A stretch of DNA of 63,543 nucleotides, counting the filler, from Octopus bimaculoides (taxonomy: Eukaryota), in assembly GCF_001194135.2 (NCBI RefSeq). It is 8 parts of 6 records of this genome, joined end to end, with 100 filler letters (N's around TTAATTAATTAA, not from the genome) between each part and the next. Parts side by side here need not be neighbours in the genome. Positions count along the whole stretch, not along the records: positions 1 to 4,093 come from NC_068982.1; positions 4,194 to 8,653 come from NC_068981.1; positions 8,754 to 20,450 come from NC_068981.1; 5 more parts are not named here. One strand, written 5' to 3'. This document shows, piece by piece, positions 1 to 12,388 of this stretch. The number at the start of each line of letters is the position of its first letter. Within the stretch, counting starts at the first letter, position 1. Made by a program: the position numbers and the translations under genes. The notes under the pieces were generated by a model that saw only the letters and a list, made by a program, of their open reading frames with translations, had not been told where the DNA came from and did no database searches.

Positions 1-225
1 TATATATATATATATATTCGTTTTTTTTTCATTTTATCTAGTTTCAGCTCATGAGATGTGGCCATGCTGGGGCACCGCCGCCATATACATATATATATAT
101 ATGTGTGTCTGTGTGTGTCTGTATGTCTGTGTATGTACATATATATGTGCATGTAAATCTATCTATCTATATATCTCTGTCTCTATCTCCTTTTCTCTCA
201 CTCTTTCTGCATATACATACGTACA

Positions 226-261
<36 letters not shown>

Positions 262-666
262 TATATATACAGACACACATGTGCCACCCTCTTCCCACGC
301 ATACATATATGCGTATTCTTTGTTATTCTTTGTCAGTCATTGACGAAATATCTATGCAGTGAGATTGATTATGAAGCGGCATTTTTCAAGTGAAATATCT
401 CTACTACGCAGTAATGACTTTGCCGAGATTAATATTTAGTGTTTGTGCGTGTATATTTGCGAATATTCGTGAGAATAACAATAAAGTATTTATACTAAGT
501 ATGACTATTTGAAACATGAATCGTGTAATAGTTAATTGATTTTAATGTACAGATCAATACCTCACACTGAAATGATTTTTGCCTGCCCAAGTATACGCAA
601 CACATAGGCAAAGCAAAAATTTTAACTTCCCATGTCCTCAATTGCAGTGACATACAGCTATGTCAA

Positions 667-705
<39 letters not shown>

Positions 706-715
706 NNNNNNNNNN

Positions 716-770
<55 letters not shown>

Positions 771-1009
771 CCGCAAAAGGTTCTGAACAACGAAGGAAAC
801 TAGTGCTCGTTTAGTTAGAGTAGTACACATTTCAAAATAGTTTGACTCAGTTCCATATTTCCTAAAGTTTAGTGAGCGCAAAACACGTCCACGTCGTTTT
901 GCTATGCAGACTCACAGGAGAGGACCTTTTCAAAAACTTCAGATAGATTCTACGTAAATGTTATGAAGTCAAATTATACTCGTATTCAATATGCGTACAA
1001 ACATGTATA

Positions 1010-1215
1010 CTTATATACCTACATACCACCTCTTACTATTTCTAATTCTACAATACATATTTTATATGCGCAGAAAAAATAAGTTTTTCTCCTTGTCTCG
1101 GTATTCTTTCTGTTGAAGAGCGTAGCTCGAAACGTCAAAGACTTTCCGTATTTCCGAGCGTCATACTAAGACATCCTTTTGTTATTTACACCACCTGTCC
1201 TCGTCTGTTGTTGTT
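1010..1215 (+). mobile_element. Small Penelope-type terminal-repeat element with minimal hammerhead-like motif (1105-1141)
   Basis: TCTTT-CTGTTGA-A-GAG-CGTAG-CTC-GAAAC-GTC-AAAGA; homologous copies at 3765-3905 and 52050-52205. Confidence 0.7.
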
Positions 1216-2287
1216 NNNNNNNNNNNNNNNNNNNNNNNNNNNNNNNNNNNNNNNNNNNNNNNNNNNNNNNNNNNNNNNNNNNNNNNNNNNNNNNNNNNNN
1301 NNNNNNNNNNNNNNNNNNNNNNNNNNNNNNNNNNNNNNNNNNNNNNNNNNNNNNNNNNNNNNNNNNNNNNNNNNNNNNNNNNNNNNNNNNNNNNNNNNNN
1401 NNNNNNNNNNNNNNNNNNNNNNNNNNNNNNNNNNNNNNNNNNNNNNNNNNNNNNNNNNNNNNNNNNNNNNNNNNNNNNNNNNNNNNNNNNNNNNNNNNNN
1501 NNNNNNNNNNNNNNNNNNNNNNNNNNNNNNNNNNNNNNNNNNNNNNNNNNNNNNNNNNNNNNNNNNNNNNNNNNNNNNNNNNNNNNNNNNNNNNNNNNNN
1601 NNNNNNNNNNNNNNNNNNNNNNNNNNNNNNNNNNNNNNNNNNNNNNNNNNNNNNNNNNNNNNNNNNNNNNNNNNNNNNNNNNNNNNNNNNNNNNNNNNNN
1701 NNNNNNNNNNNNNNNNNNNNNNNNNNNNNNNNNNNNNNNNNNNNNNNNNNNNNNNNNNNNNNNNNNNNNNNNNNNNNNNNNNNNNNNNNNNNNNNNNNNN
1801 NNNNNNNNNNNNNNNNNNNNNNNNNNNNNNNNNNNNNNNNNNNNNNNNNNNNNNNNNNNNNNNNNNNNNNNNNNNNNNNNNNNNNNNNNNNNNNNNNNNN
1901 NNNNNNNNNNNNNNNNNNNNNTATATATATATATATATATATATGTACATATATATATAATATGTGTGTGACCATGTATATGTATATGTATGTGGGTCCT
2001 GATGACTCGTAAATGTAGGAGGCTAAGATGAAAACAATTAAATGTAAGACCTTCTAGAAACATAATTTCTTTATAGATGTGTCTACTACCATATTCTCAG
2101 TGTTCAGAATATAAAGCTCGGGGAAGATATACATATTATACCTTAAAACTCGATTAACTGCACAAATATGAATTGATGTGTATTCAGACGATCGAAATTT
2201 AGGTCAGTTCAATCAATTCTCCCTCCCACCCCTCTCTTCTCCCTCTTTCCCTTTCCCTGTTTCATATAAATACACACATACCATATA

Positions 2288-2710
2288 CGCGCAGGAGTGG
2301 CTGTATGGTAAGAAGCTCGCTTCCCAACCACATGTTACCGGGTTTAGTCCCACTTCGTGGCATCTTCGGTAATTTTCTTTTACTATAGTCTCGGGTCGAT
2401 CAAAGCCTTGTGAGTGGATTTAGTAGACGGAAACTGAAAGAAGACTGTCGTATGTATGTGTGTGTGTGTGTGTATATATATATATGTATGTATGTGTGTC
2501 TGTGTTTGTCCCGACACTATCACTTGAAAACCGATGCTGGTGTGTTTACGTCCGCATAAATTAGCGGTTCGGCAAAAGATAGCGATAGAATAAGTACTAG
2601 GCTGACTAAAAATAAGTCCTGGGATCGATTTGTTCGACTAAAGGCGGTGCTCCAGCATGGCCGCAGTCAAATGACTGAAACAAATACAAAAATTATAGAA
2701 TAAAAGAATA
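2288..2710 (+). mobile_element. tRNA-derived SINE family A, full-length copy
   Basis: A box tggctgtatgg, B-box-like ggtttagtccc, central agccttgtgagtggatttagtagacggaaactgaaagaag, internal (TG/TA)n, tail ggcggtgctccagcatggccgcagtcaaatgactgaaac. Other copies or fragments near 1-75, 9030-9220, 11365-11415, 14180-14320, 17045-17400, 18330-18545, 44200-44420, 48730-48850, 52870-52950, 62390-62450, 63033-63150. Confidence 0.9.
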
Positions 2711-2714
2711 CCTA

Positions 2715-2787
<73 letters not shown>

Positions 2788-3764
2788 GTTATTCAGCCCC
2801 ATGTTCTAGATCATTATTTATGCATTGTCATATGGTGGCCAGCTGGCAGAATCATTACAGAGTCAGACAATATGCTTAGAACGTATGTCTTTCGGCTCTT
2901 TACCTTCTGCGTTCATATACATCGGCGGTCGACATTGATTTTTATCGATTCAGAGCAATAAATAAAGTGTCAGTTGAACATACATGTCTCCGTAATCTAC
3001 TGACCCACTTGCTCAAAATTCCAGGTCTTGTGCCTATAGTAGAGAATATTATTTATATACCGTTATAAAGCAGTGAATTAGCAGTGCGTCGGACAAAATA
3101 CTAGGCCACACTTCTTTCCGTTCTTTACGTTTTGGATTCAAATACCACCAAAGTCGTCGTTACTTTTTATCAATTCGGGATCAATAAGAATTAGGAGCAG
3201 TTGAATACTGACGTCGATGTAATCGGTGTATCCCGACCCTTAAAACTGCTGGCCTGGTGCTAAAATTAGAAAGAATTACTTACATAATCATTATCAATGT
3301 TAGAGCGTATAGATGTTTATAACTGCTTTCTTGTAGTAAAAGCTACATACGCAAACTGATTACTAAGATTTCTTTATAAACATATAGAATATCTGTATAA
3401 GATTTTTCATACAATTTGAACGTATGATTAACTTAAAAGGCATTGAATTATGGGAGGTACAAATTAGTACATTCTTAGTAAATATATTTATGAATTATAT
3501 ATGATGGATCCGAAATAATTCTGTATGATATTTTCATATCATTTTTTATTTTATTGTTTAATTATTTATATGGTTTGTAAGAATATACGTATATGTGTGT
3601 GTACACACATACACACACACGCACACACACACACATATATATACACATACACATACACTCATACGAATATATCTATATGTATATATATATATAGTTGCAT
3701 ATACATATATGTAGATATACTTATGTAAATATACATATATATATGGGAGAATATACAAATAATA

Positions 3765-3905
3765 ACAACAGACGAGGACAGGTGGTGTAAATAACAAAAG
3801 TATATATTAGTATGACGCTCGGGAATACGGAAAGTCTTTGACGTTTCGAGCTACGCTCTTCAACAGAAAGAATACGTAGACAAGGAGAAAAACACGGAGA
3901 AAAAA
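3765..3905 (-). mobile_element. Second copy of the hammerhead-motif element (motif 3835-3871)
   Basis: Near-identical reverse complement of 1090-1212. Confidence 0.7.
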
Positions 3906-4093
3906 AATTGAATAGTGTTCAGTCAACGGTCAATCATAATAATGGCCGATCATAACAATGGCTGACCGGAAGTTAGCAATTCTTATTTCAGGAGAGCTAA
4001 AAAAGGATGATAAAGGAGGTTTACAAAAGTAGAAAAGTTCAAAAGTTTTTTAGACGTCGTGGTATATTGAAGCGATTTCCAATCAGAAGATGG

Positions 4094-4193
4094 NNNNNNN
4101 NNNNNNNNNNNNNNNNNNNNNNNNNNNNNNNNNNNNNTTAATTAATTAANNNNNNNNNNNNNNNNNNNNNNNNNNNNNNNNNNNNNNNNNNNN
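4094..4193. other. Artificial scaffold spacer N44-TTAATTAATTAA-N44 (12-mers also at 8698, 20495, 23844, 37615, 48301, 62221)
   Basis: Identical 12-mer with stops in all six frames, centred in 100-bp gaps seven times. Confidence 0.95.
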
Positions 4194-4737
4194 ATATATA
4201 TATATATATATATATACATACACACACACAAACACGCACGCATGTACGTCCGCGCACACATATGCACTTAAACATGCGCAGGTATGTATGTGTCTATCCT
4301 AGTGGTGCTGGAGAATATGTATCTATATGATGGCAGAGGAGTCGTTGTCAGTTCTGTTTATTATTTATGCTTATGAATTCACATCTACTATCTGATAAGT
4401 ATGTAGAAATAATTCCAACATAGACACAGAGCTGTGAATTAGAAGAAAGAGGAGAACGGTTGACCTCATCGACTACGCAAGTTGTCCATTGATTGGCAAC
4501 TTGTCCATTGATCTCATTCCGGGATAGATGTTTATTAGTATCTATCTACACGGGCCGACACTCAGAAACACACGAGGTCTCACGCATACCTCTATACAGG
4601 GGTAGTGGTAGTGAATGTTCCCGTCCGTGTGTTAGTGGTGGAGCGATAGCGGTGGTGGTATATCGATGTCATTTCTCCCGCATTTTTTGTTAAGTGTTGG
4701 TTATTGTTCTGTTTAATAGACGCTCAATTAAATTATA

Positions 4738-5222
4738 CAGCTGCTGCCCTAATATGAAGAGCATCATTACCCGTTAGCACTACCGAGTGCCCACTTCCAG
4801 TTGTAACTGTCTAAACCCTGGAGATTGCCTACTTGACAAAGCATGCATGATGAACTCCGTCGTATATAAGGCAGATGTCACAGCAACGCTACATGATAAT
4901 CCTAATCGGGCTATGCCAGGGTGATTTCAAAAGACTCTATGTTATCCTCCTATCTTCCTTCCGGCACATGGACAAAAGTAAAGCCACTAATTTCGATAAC
5001 TAGGTATGGCGCTTGAAGACCAACTCCACACCACACACAATCAAGTGGAAAATCGTTGAAAAATCCATGCCATATGTTAATGGATCTAAAAAAATGCAAG
5101 TTATATGTAGACGAAAGATCGCATATTCTTTTTAGATCTAAGAATTCCACCGTACTGCTGAATTCTAGATGAGAAATTTTCTGCAAATGCATATGGACAA
5201 GTTTCTTTTGGCGAATTTGATA
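4738..5222 (+). pseudogene. Penelope-like element GIY-YIG endonuclease region relic
   Basis: Frameshifted translation SCCPNMKSII...CNCLNPGDCLLDKACMMNSVVYKADV...IGLCQGDFKRLY...SSFRH...VWRLK...IKWKIVEKSMPYVNGSKKCKL...ERSHI...LLNSR follows the C-terminal pattern of Penelope-like ORFs with the CNC...C insert. Confidence 0.85.
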
Positions 5223-5583
5223 ACATTGCTCTCTCCAGATTGAACAGCTGTATCGCAGACTTTAGACCTCTTCTGTTAATTCTACACCAACTAGCTTTAT
5301 GGCTTTACGGTAAAAGGGGGCATAACTATGATTCTCTCACTTTTTTCCGTTTTTTCACCCTTCCACTTTGTGTGTACCCCAGCCTCTCAATCTTTTCTTG
5401 TGATTTCTCTTGTTCTATTGTCTTGACTTGTAACTTGTATAGACCGTTTGCTCAGATCCCGAAAATCGCTTGAAGACATTAGGCGTGTTATTAAAACCTG
5501 GCTAGACAACATCTCTAATGCATGGAACTATTAGGAGCTCATAGCTACATACAGTGTACACTAAACAGTATATGTATGTGTGC

Positions 5584-5623
<40 letters not shown>

Positions 5624-5803
5624 ATATATANNNNNNNNNNNNNNNNNNNNNNNNNNNNNNNNNNNNNNNNNNNNNNNNNNNNNNNNNNNNNNNNNNNNNN
5701 NNNNNNNNNNNNNNNNNNNNNNNNNNNNNNNNNNNNNNNNNNNNNNNNNNNNNNNNNNNNNNNNNNNNNNNNNNNNNNNNNNNNNNNNNNNNNNNNNNNN
5801 NNN

Positions 5804-5830
<27 letters not shown>

Positions 5831-5834
<4 letters not shown>

Positions 5835-6633
5835 TAAGGGCACACAAAGGCGCCTACCTGCTAGAAAGAGGAGTTAAAATCCCCATTTTAACCACCAATA
5901 ATAACACTGAAATATACGACAGAAAAACAATAGAAGTCGGGCGAACGGGCCAAAAAAAAAAAATATTTCACATAACTATATAGCCTAATGCTATATATTT
6001 CTTGGTATTTGGATACACGTGGACCATGGTTTCTGGACTGGCAAACAGCCTCACCTTCCTCAGCACGTATTATCAGCTAAAAAACTTTTCCAATCCGTTA
6101 CGTTGAAGTCAGCCGGTGCTCTGAATTGTTTTGCGCCAAAATCAGAACCGTCTCAGTGTAAATATACCAATAAGGAGCGAATTTTCAGGAGTGAATATTT
6201 ACATAGATACTAGTATTGCTATTATCCACAGTAATATAAATAGTTCATAATAACAACAACAATAATATAAGTGGTTGCAGGCCTAAAATAACATTTAGAT
6301 AGCTATAGAATTAAAACTTATATCAATCATAAGGGCACATAAAGGTGCCTACCTGCTAGAAAGAGGAGTTTAAACCCTCTTTACCAAGCAATATATAACA
6401 TTGGACTATATAGGTATGCGAAAGATTTTCTTTGCTCCGTTCGCCCGACTACTGCTGTTTTTCTTTCGTATTTTTCAGTGTTATTATTGGTGGTTTAAAA
6501 GAGGGTTTTAACTCCTCTTTCAAGCAGGTAGGCTTGTTGTTGTTGTATTATGAACTATTTATATTACCGTGGATAATAATAACAATAATAATATCTATAT
6601 AAATATTCACTCCTGAATATTTGCTCCTTATTG
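5831..6633. repeat. Local direct plus inverted segmental rearrangement
   Basis: 5831-5890 repeated directly at 6326-6385; 5852-5985 inverted at ~6405-6533; 6167-6260 inverted at ~6534-6633. Confidence 0.8.
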
Positions 6634-6702
<69 letters not shown>

Positions 6703-6720
6703 TGTATAGAGACATACATA

Positions 6721-6936
6721 CGAAGGGGTGCTGAACAATTCCTGTCCTTAAGGGTATCGCGAAAGGCCTGATTGGAGGCCTAGCATTCCGAGTTTTTTTG
6801 CAGGGCTTAGAGAAATCGAAGGACCGCTTCAGTAAGTGTGAGAATCTGGGAGGGGAAAATATTGAATAAAATTATAATTAACTGATCCTCCTGTATTTTC
6901 TTTTACTCAAAGCCAGGGACTTTTCAGCACCCTTCG
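6721..6936 (+). mobile_element. Mariner-derived MITE / internal deletion derivative
   Basis: TA-flanked imperfect TIRs cgaaggggtgctgaac / ttttcagcacccttcg; retains transposase C-terminus GLEKSKDRFSKCENLGGENIE-stop. Confidence 0.8.
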
Positions 6937-8596
6937 TACATACACCACCTCGCATATATAAATACGGATATGTTAGTATAATATAATATAATATAATATA
7001 ATATAATATAATATAATACATGCACATATGGGGTAAAAATACTTAATACGAAGAGTTGAGTGACATCAAATTTTGTATGAGTTGAAACTTTCCTAGTGCA
7101 ACTCTGAGTTTTGCTTCTCGGCTCGTTCGGCTGTTGTGATATAAAGTAGAACATTCACTTATTTTCATATAATTTGGATATGTGAAAGCTGCATATAACA
7201 GTGTATCTGTATAAAATTATATAAAGGGATACAAATTCATAGAAGCAGCGCAGATATTGTAATGTACTGAGCAAGCTGAGTGCAATTCTTTTGTCTTATA
7301 ACGGTAATGCAATATACAATTGTACGTTATATATATATTTAGTGAAAAGGAATTTCTGAGTCTCAAACACGATACGAGTCTGGAATTTCTGTTCTCTGGT
7401 ACTGAACAAAATTTCGCTCTTTTATGAAAGGCATAAATCAAAAGATCTTGAAAATTGGTTATATGTTTTCGTATGGCTAAAATTTTGCATTTGGTATCGA
7501 AATTGGTGTTTATACCTCAAAACCCATTACACCCCAGAATCGCACTAATGAGTATCGTATCAAAAACATAGCGTTGTGTGGTTGCACAAAAAATACAACA
7601 AATACAGTAATATTTGTACATGTTTACATATTTTTATTGCGGTTTCTTTTTACATTTTAATCAACTTCAGTGCATATACCTGTCTGGTGATGGAAATAAT
7701 TGTTACAGTGATATAAAATAGCAACTTACGAGTTACATAAAGCAAAAGTTCGAATTGATTAAAACAACAATTCATGAGTTACTAATATGTTTGTGTATCA
7801 ATCTTAATTAAGTGATTCATCTGTAGAAGGTATACTCCAACAGGTTGAAAGTGAATACTTTTGAAAGAAAAGGAGCGAAAATTACATAATTTTATAGGAA
7901 ATGGTAGAAATAATTTACTGCTTTAAGTATTCATTCAGTTAAGAACACGTATAGTTTTGAGAGAGTCTAACCGAAATAGATGAAAGGAGGTATAAATAGT
8001 ATAAATATAATACATAAATTACAAAATGACTCGAGTCTGTAATTTCTTCGAAGGCTGCAAATTGGCTTACGGCTGTAAGTTGTGCATCCGGTCATGTACC
8101 AGTGTTCATGCAACTTATTGAAGTAACGCAGTGCGTACATGGAAACGAATGATTCACAAACTGTATAACTCGAATGTAGTTGTGGTTAGATGTTGGTTGT
8201 TGTGGTGATTGCTGCAAGGTCGAGATGTGAAGCGAAATTAAATAGTCGACGCATGTATTGACTTATAAGTTGCATAGTTGGAGAGAGCGTTTGTATCGTA
8301 TTCGATAAGCTTCGTAGCTGGTGATTCCTGAACTTACTGCTGTTGGTAAAAGAGCTACCGAGAGTTAGTGGTAAAAATACTTGAATGTTAATTGACTTGC
8401 TCTACAGACAACATACAACATAACTAGTGAGGATGCGAAAGACTCTGAAATAGAAAGCTGGTAACTAATTCTAGCAATGTGATGACTTCGACTTTGATCG
8501 AATAAATACAGCAGTGGTTTCCCAACCTTTTAACAGTGGTTCCCAACCCTTTTATTTAAGTTTTCCCACGGCCCTTTTTTAATATGCTTATTCTTA

Positions 8597-8653
<57 letters not shown>

Positions 8654-8754
8654 NNNNNNNNNNNNNNNNNNNNNNNNNNNNNNNNNNNNNNNNNNNNTTA
8701 ATTAATTAANNNNNNNNNNNNNNNNNNNNNNNNNNNNNNNNNNNNNNNNNNNNT

Positions 8755-9010
8755 GGACTGGCTCTTGTGCGGGTGGCACATAAAAGACACCATTTCGAGC
8801 GTGGCCGTTTTCGTGCGGGTGACACGTAAAAGCACCCACTACACTCTCTGAGTGGTTGGGGTTAGGAAGGGCATCCAGCTGTAGAAACTCTGCCAGATTA
8901 GATTGGAGCCTGGTGTAGCCATCCGGTTGCACCAGTCCTCAGTCAAATCGTCCAACCCATGCTAGCATGGAAAGCGGACGTTAAACGATGATGATGATGA
9001 TGATGATGAT
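8755..9010 (+). mobile_element. RTE-type 3' tail (truncated LINE or tail-sharing SINE) ending in (GAT)n
   Basis: Shares ggttgg..ttaggaagggcatccagctgtagaaa...gtccaacccatgc..gcatggaaa...gatgatgat with 36170-36310. Confidence 0.75.
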
Positions 9011-9989
9011 AGATAGATAGATAGCTGTGTATGTGTGTGTGTGTTTATCCCCCCACCGATGTTGGTGTGTTTACATACCCGTAACCTAGCGGTTCGGCAA
9101 ATAGAGACCAATAGAATAAATACTAGGCTTACGAAGAATAAGTCCTGGGGTCGATCTGTTCGACTAAAGGCGGTGCTCCAGCATGGCCGCAGTCAAATGA
9201 CTGGAACAAATGAAAGAATTTGATGCCAATATCAATCCAAGGCGGTAGATTGGTGGAACTGTAAGGATCAGATGCCTTCAAGTATTTGTTCTGGTTCCTT
9301 GCGTTCTAAGTTCATATCCTACAAAAGACCTACATGGAAGGGGAGGGGATAAATTTAATCCGTCGTCTGGTTTTGGAGGAGGGGGATAAACTTCATCCGT
9401 CATCTGGTTTAGCATCACCACTTGGCAAGCACGGTAAATGTCTTTGGTAGAACCCCCCCCCCCCCCNNNNNNNNNNTAAATGCCTTTGGTAGAACCCCCC
9501 CCCCCCACATGGGCCAAATCTCTGATTTGAGGTAACGTTCCTGCATCCCTTCTGTCCCGTAAGGCCCTTGTAAACATGTACACATTGACATGTATAAAGA
9601 TGAGTGCGTGTGTGTGTGTGTATACAAACATGTATAGACATATACATACACATACGTATATATATGCATACAAAAACACACGCATATATATATACACATT
9701 AACATATATGTATATAATTCTTCAGAAGTATTGATCTGCATTTATTTTTTCTTCAGAAAAAGTTAATAATAAAAATCTAATTAAGTTCCGTCGTATCTAA
9801 TTGTAGAAGAATTACGAAGGAAGCTGGAGCCGTTGCCGTGCCGTTGCGTAACGTTGTTTAAACAAGAGATTTTATCATTTTATTTCATCAAATTCCCGCC
9901 TTCAGCTTCCTTCCTTCCCGGCTCCATTCAGTGAATGGAAGAGTTGTGACGACATAAGTGAGTAGTGGTGTAAGTGAATGAGGAACAGA

Positions 9990-10320
9990 AAGAAACAGTG
10001 AGGCAGAGAAATAGAGAGAAAAGCGTAGGGAGGGAAAGAAAGAGGAAGGGACGGAGAGAGAGAGAGAGAGATGGGGGGGAAACGTAGAGAAAGATACGCA
10101 ACGAAGGAGGGAGAGAGAATCAGTGAGATATGGAAGGGGAGGAGGGTGAGAAAGACGGTAGGGAGAGGGACAGGAAGCAAGACAGGTAAAGAGAAAGCAA
10201 GAGAGGAAGGAAGAAAGCAAGTCAAGCAGAAATGGAGAGAGAGGGGGAGGTAGGAAGAAAGAGAGAAAGTCAGAGAGTGGGGAAGAAAGACAGGAAGAAG
10301 CAAGAAAGGCAAACACGAAA
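9990..10320. repeat. Purine-rich (GA/GAA) low-complexity tract
   Basis: Almost pure A/G on the plus strand. Confidence 0.85.
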
Positions 10321-12355
10321 GTCAGCCATGAAATTAAAATAGAAATTTATATCGGCCAGCTATTTTATTCATTAGAGAGTGTGAACGGTGAGGGTAATGA
10401 GGACGGGTGTGACAGAATCTCAAAAGGGTATAAATTGTAAAGGAGAGAGGCAACACAAAGACCCAGGATGGCCGGAATGACGCTATTTCAAGTACATCTG
10501 ACCTCCTTTCACACACACACACACACACACTCTCTCTCTTAACTTCCATTTAGGACAACTGTGTTATCTTGTTGCCAACTAAGTGTGAGAGAGTTTAATT
10601 TGTGTGTATGTATGTGTATCAGTCGTTGACAATAACAGTGTATACAAACTAATGTATGTTAAACCGATACATTCACAGAACGTAGATATTCAAAAAACAC
10701 ATTTTGTAAGATGTACCGAAACAGCCGATATAGTCACTCGTGTCCTGCTCCGTCATCTTATACCATTCAAACACTGCATGTCGGTCGGTGTGTGCGGTAC
10801 GGATAGGTTCTCCGCAGCGAGGAAGGGTGGTTGGGGTGGAACTGGGTAAAAAAAAATCTAGTTGCCTAAGACTGCTCGAGATCATACAGACGTGAACGAG
10901 GAGTTGCTGTACACGTACGTGACAAAGGACGGCGTTTACTCGAATACCTAGTGTGTGTGTATGTTTCTATAACATTATGGCTGATGAATAACATCCCAAT
11001 AGAATATTCTAGATTCTAAATATAAATCTTTTAATAGAGTATCAGATAAATATGCTACCTGCGTTGTCTTGATATTTCAAGTTTCAATTAGCTGGTTTTG
11101 TTGCGGTTATCCCCCTTATTTTTATATTTTAAACATTTTGAGGAAGTTTTTGCCTTATTGGATACCCTTATTGTCGGATCTCCCCCAAATATATTCTCAA
11201 CTACATTGTCGATATATTTTCAAAGTTTCAGTTAGCTGCTTTTATTGCAGTTATCTCCCTGTCTTTTAGTTTTTACGTTTTAAATAGATACCTCCTAGAA
11301 AGAGCTTTTACGTTATTGCAAGAATTCTAGTAAACTGAGCCAACTAACTATTATATATAATGAAAAAGGTGCTCCAGCATGGCCGCAGTCAAATGACAAA
11401 CAAATAAAAGAATAAAAAATGCATAGTAAATACACAAACGAAGAGTAAAAAAAAATGTATATTGTATATTGACTGCACATACGGACGGAACACACACTTT
11501 TCTATTTTTTATGTTTAAACAGTTGATAGACAATTTGGCATTCCTTCGGAGATGGTATCATGAAAGTGAAAATGAAAATCGTCTGTCTTATCTATTTGTT
11601 CGGCAATTTCTGTAAAAATGCTTTATTTCTTTAATTCTATATACATACATGCATGCACATAAATACCTACATATACTTACATACACAAATATAAAATCAA
11701 CATACATGCATAAACATATACACATTGAAAAAAATCCCAAAACAAGCGATTTGTGAAAACGTAAAATAAAAAGTGTGTGTGTTAGATCATGTGTGTTCAC
11801 TGTTCAGCTCGCTCGGGGACATGAAAGACAATATCGGCGTCAACAACACACGAAGAAAAAATTTTCAAGAAATAAACCTTTCTTTTTTACGGAAATTACT
11901 TAACAAATAGGAAACAGACGATTTTCATTTTCACTTTTGTGATACTATGGATGGATGGATGTATTATACATAGCGGTATGAATGTATATATACTACTCGT
12001 ACACAAACACCAATACATCTATCCTCCAGCTAAAAAAATATCCCATTTAGCCCAATTCATTATTTCTGGTCAGACAATTTGCCCTCATTTTTTTTTTTCC
12101 CTTCATCTTTCAGTTTCTACTGTTTTTTCCCCCTACTCTTTTACCACTAACTGAAAAAAACGCTATGTCCGAAACGTTATTTACTTTCTCTTCCGTCGAA
12201 CAAAGAACCGACTGGGAACTTATTCCAGCTTTTAGTTTGTTGGATTTTGTTGCTTATTTTTGTTCTTAATCTCACGCGTGCGTTTGTTATAATGGCCGAT
12301 ATAAATGGTTGGTTGGTTGGATTCTCAAGTTACGCTTTACATTATACAGAGTGGG

Positions 12356-12388
<33 letters not shown>

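Noticed and set aside
3835-5222. Physical linkage of hammerhead copy 2 and the GIY-YIG relic as one element
   Set aside because: Opposite strands and separated by an artificial scaffold join.
8026-8200. Possible decayed CCCH zinc-finger repeats (VCNFFEGCKLAYGCK...)
   Set aside because: Spacing is wrong without invoking several frameshifts and substitutions.
9433-9510. Duplicated taaatg.ctttggtagaac(C)n on both sides of a 10-N gap
   Set aside because: Most likely overlapping contig ends not merged at a poly-C run.
9888-10316. Long Leu/Ser/Phe-rich ORFs
   Set aside because: Antisense of a GA-rich low-complexity tract.
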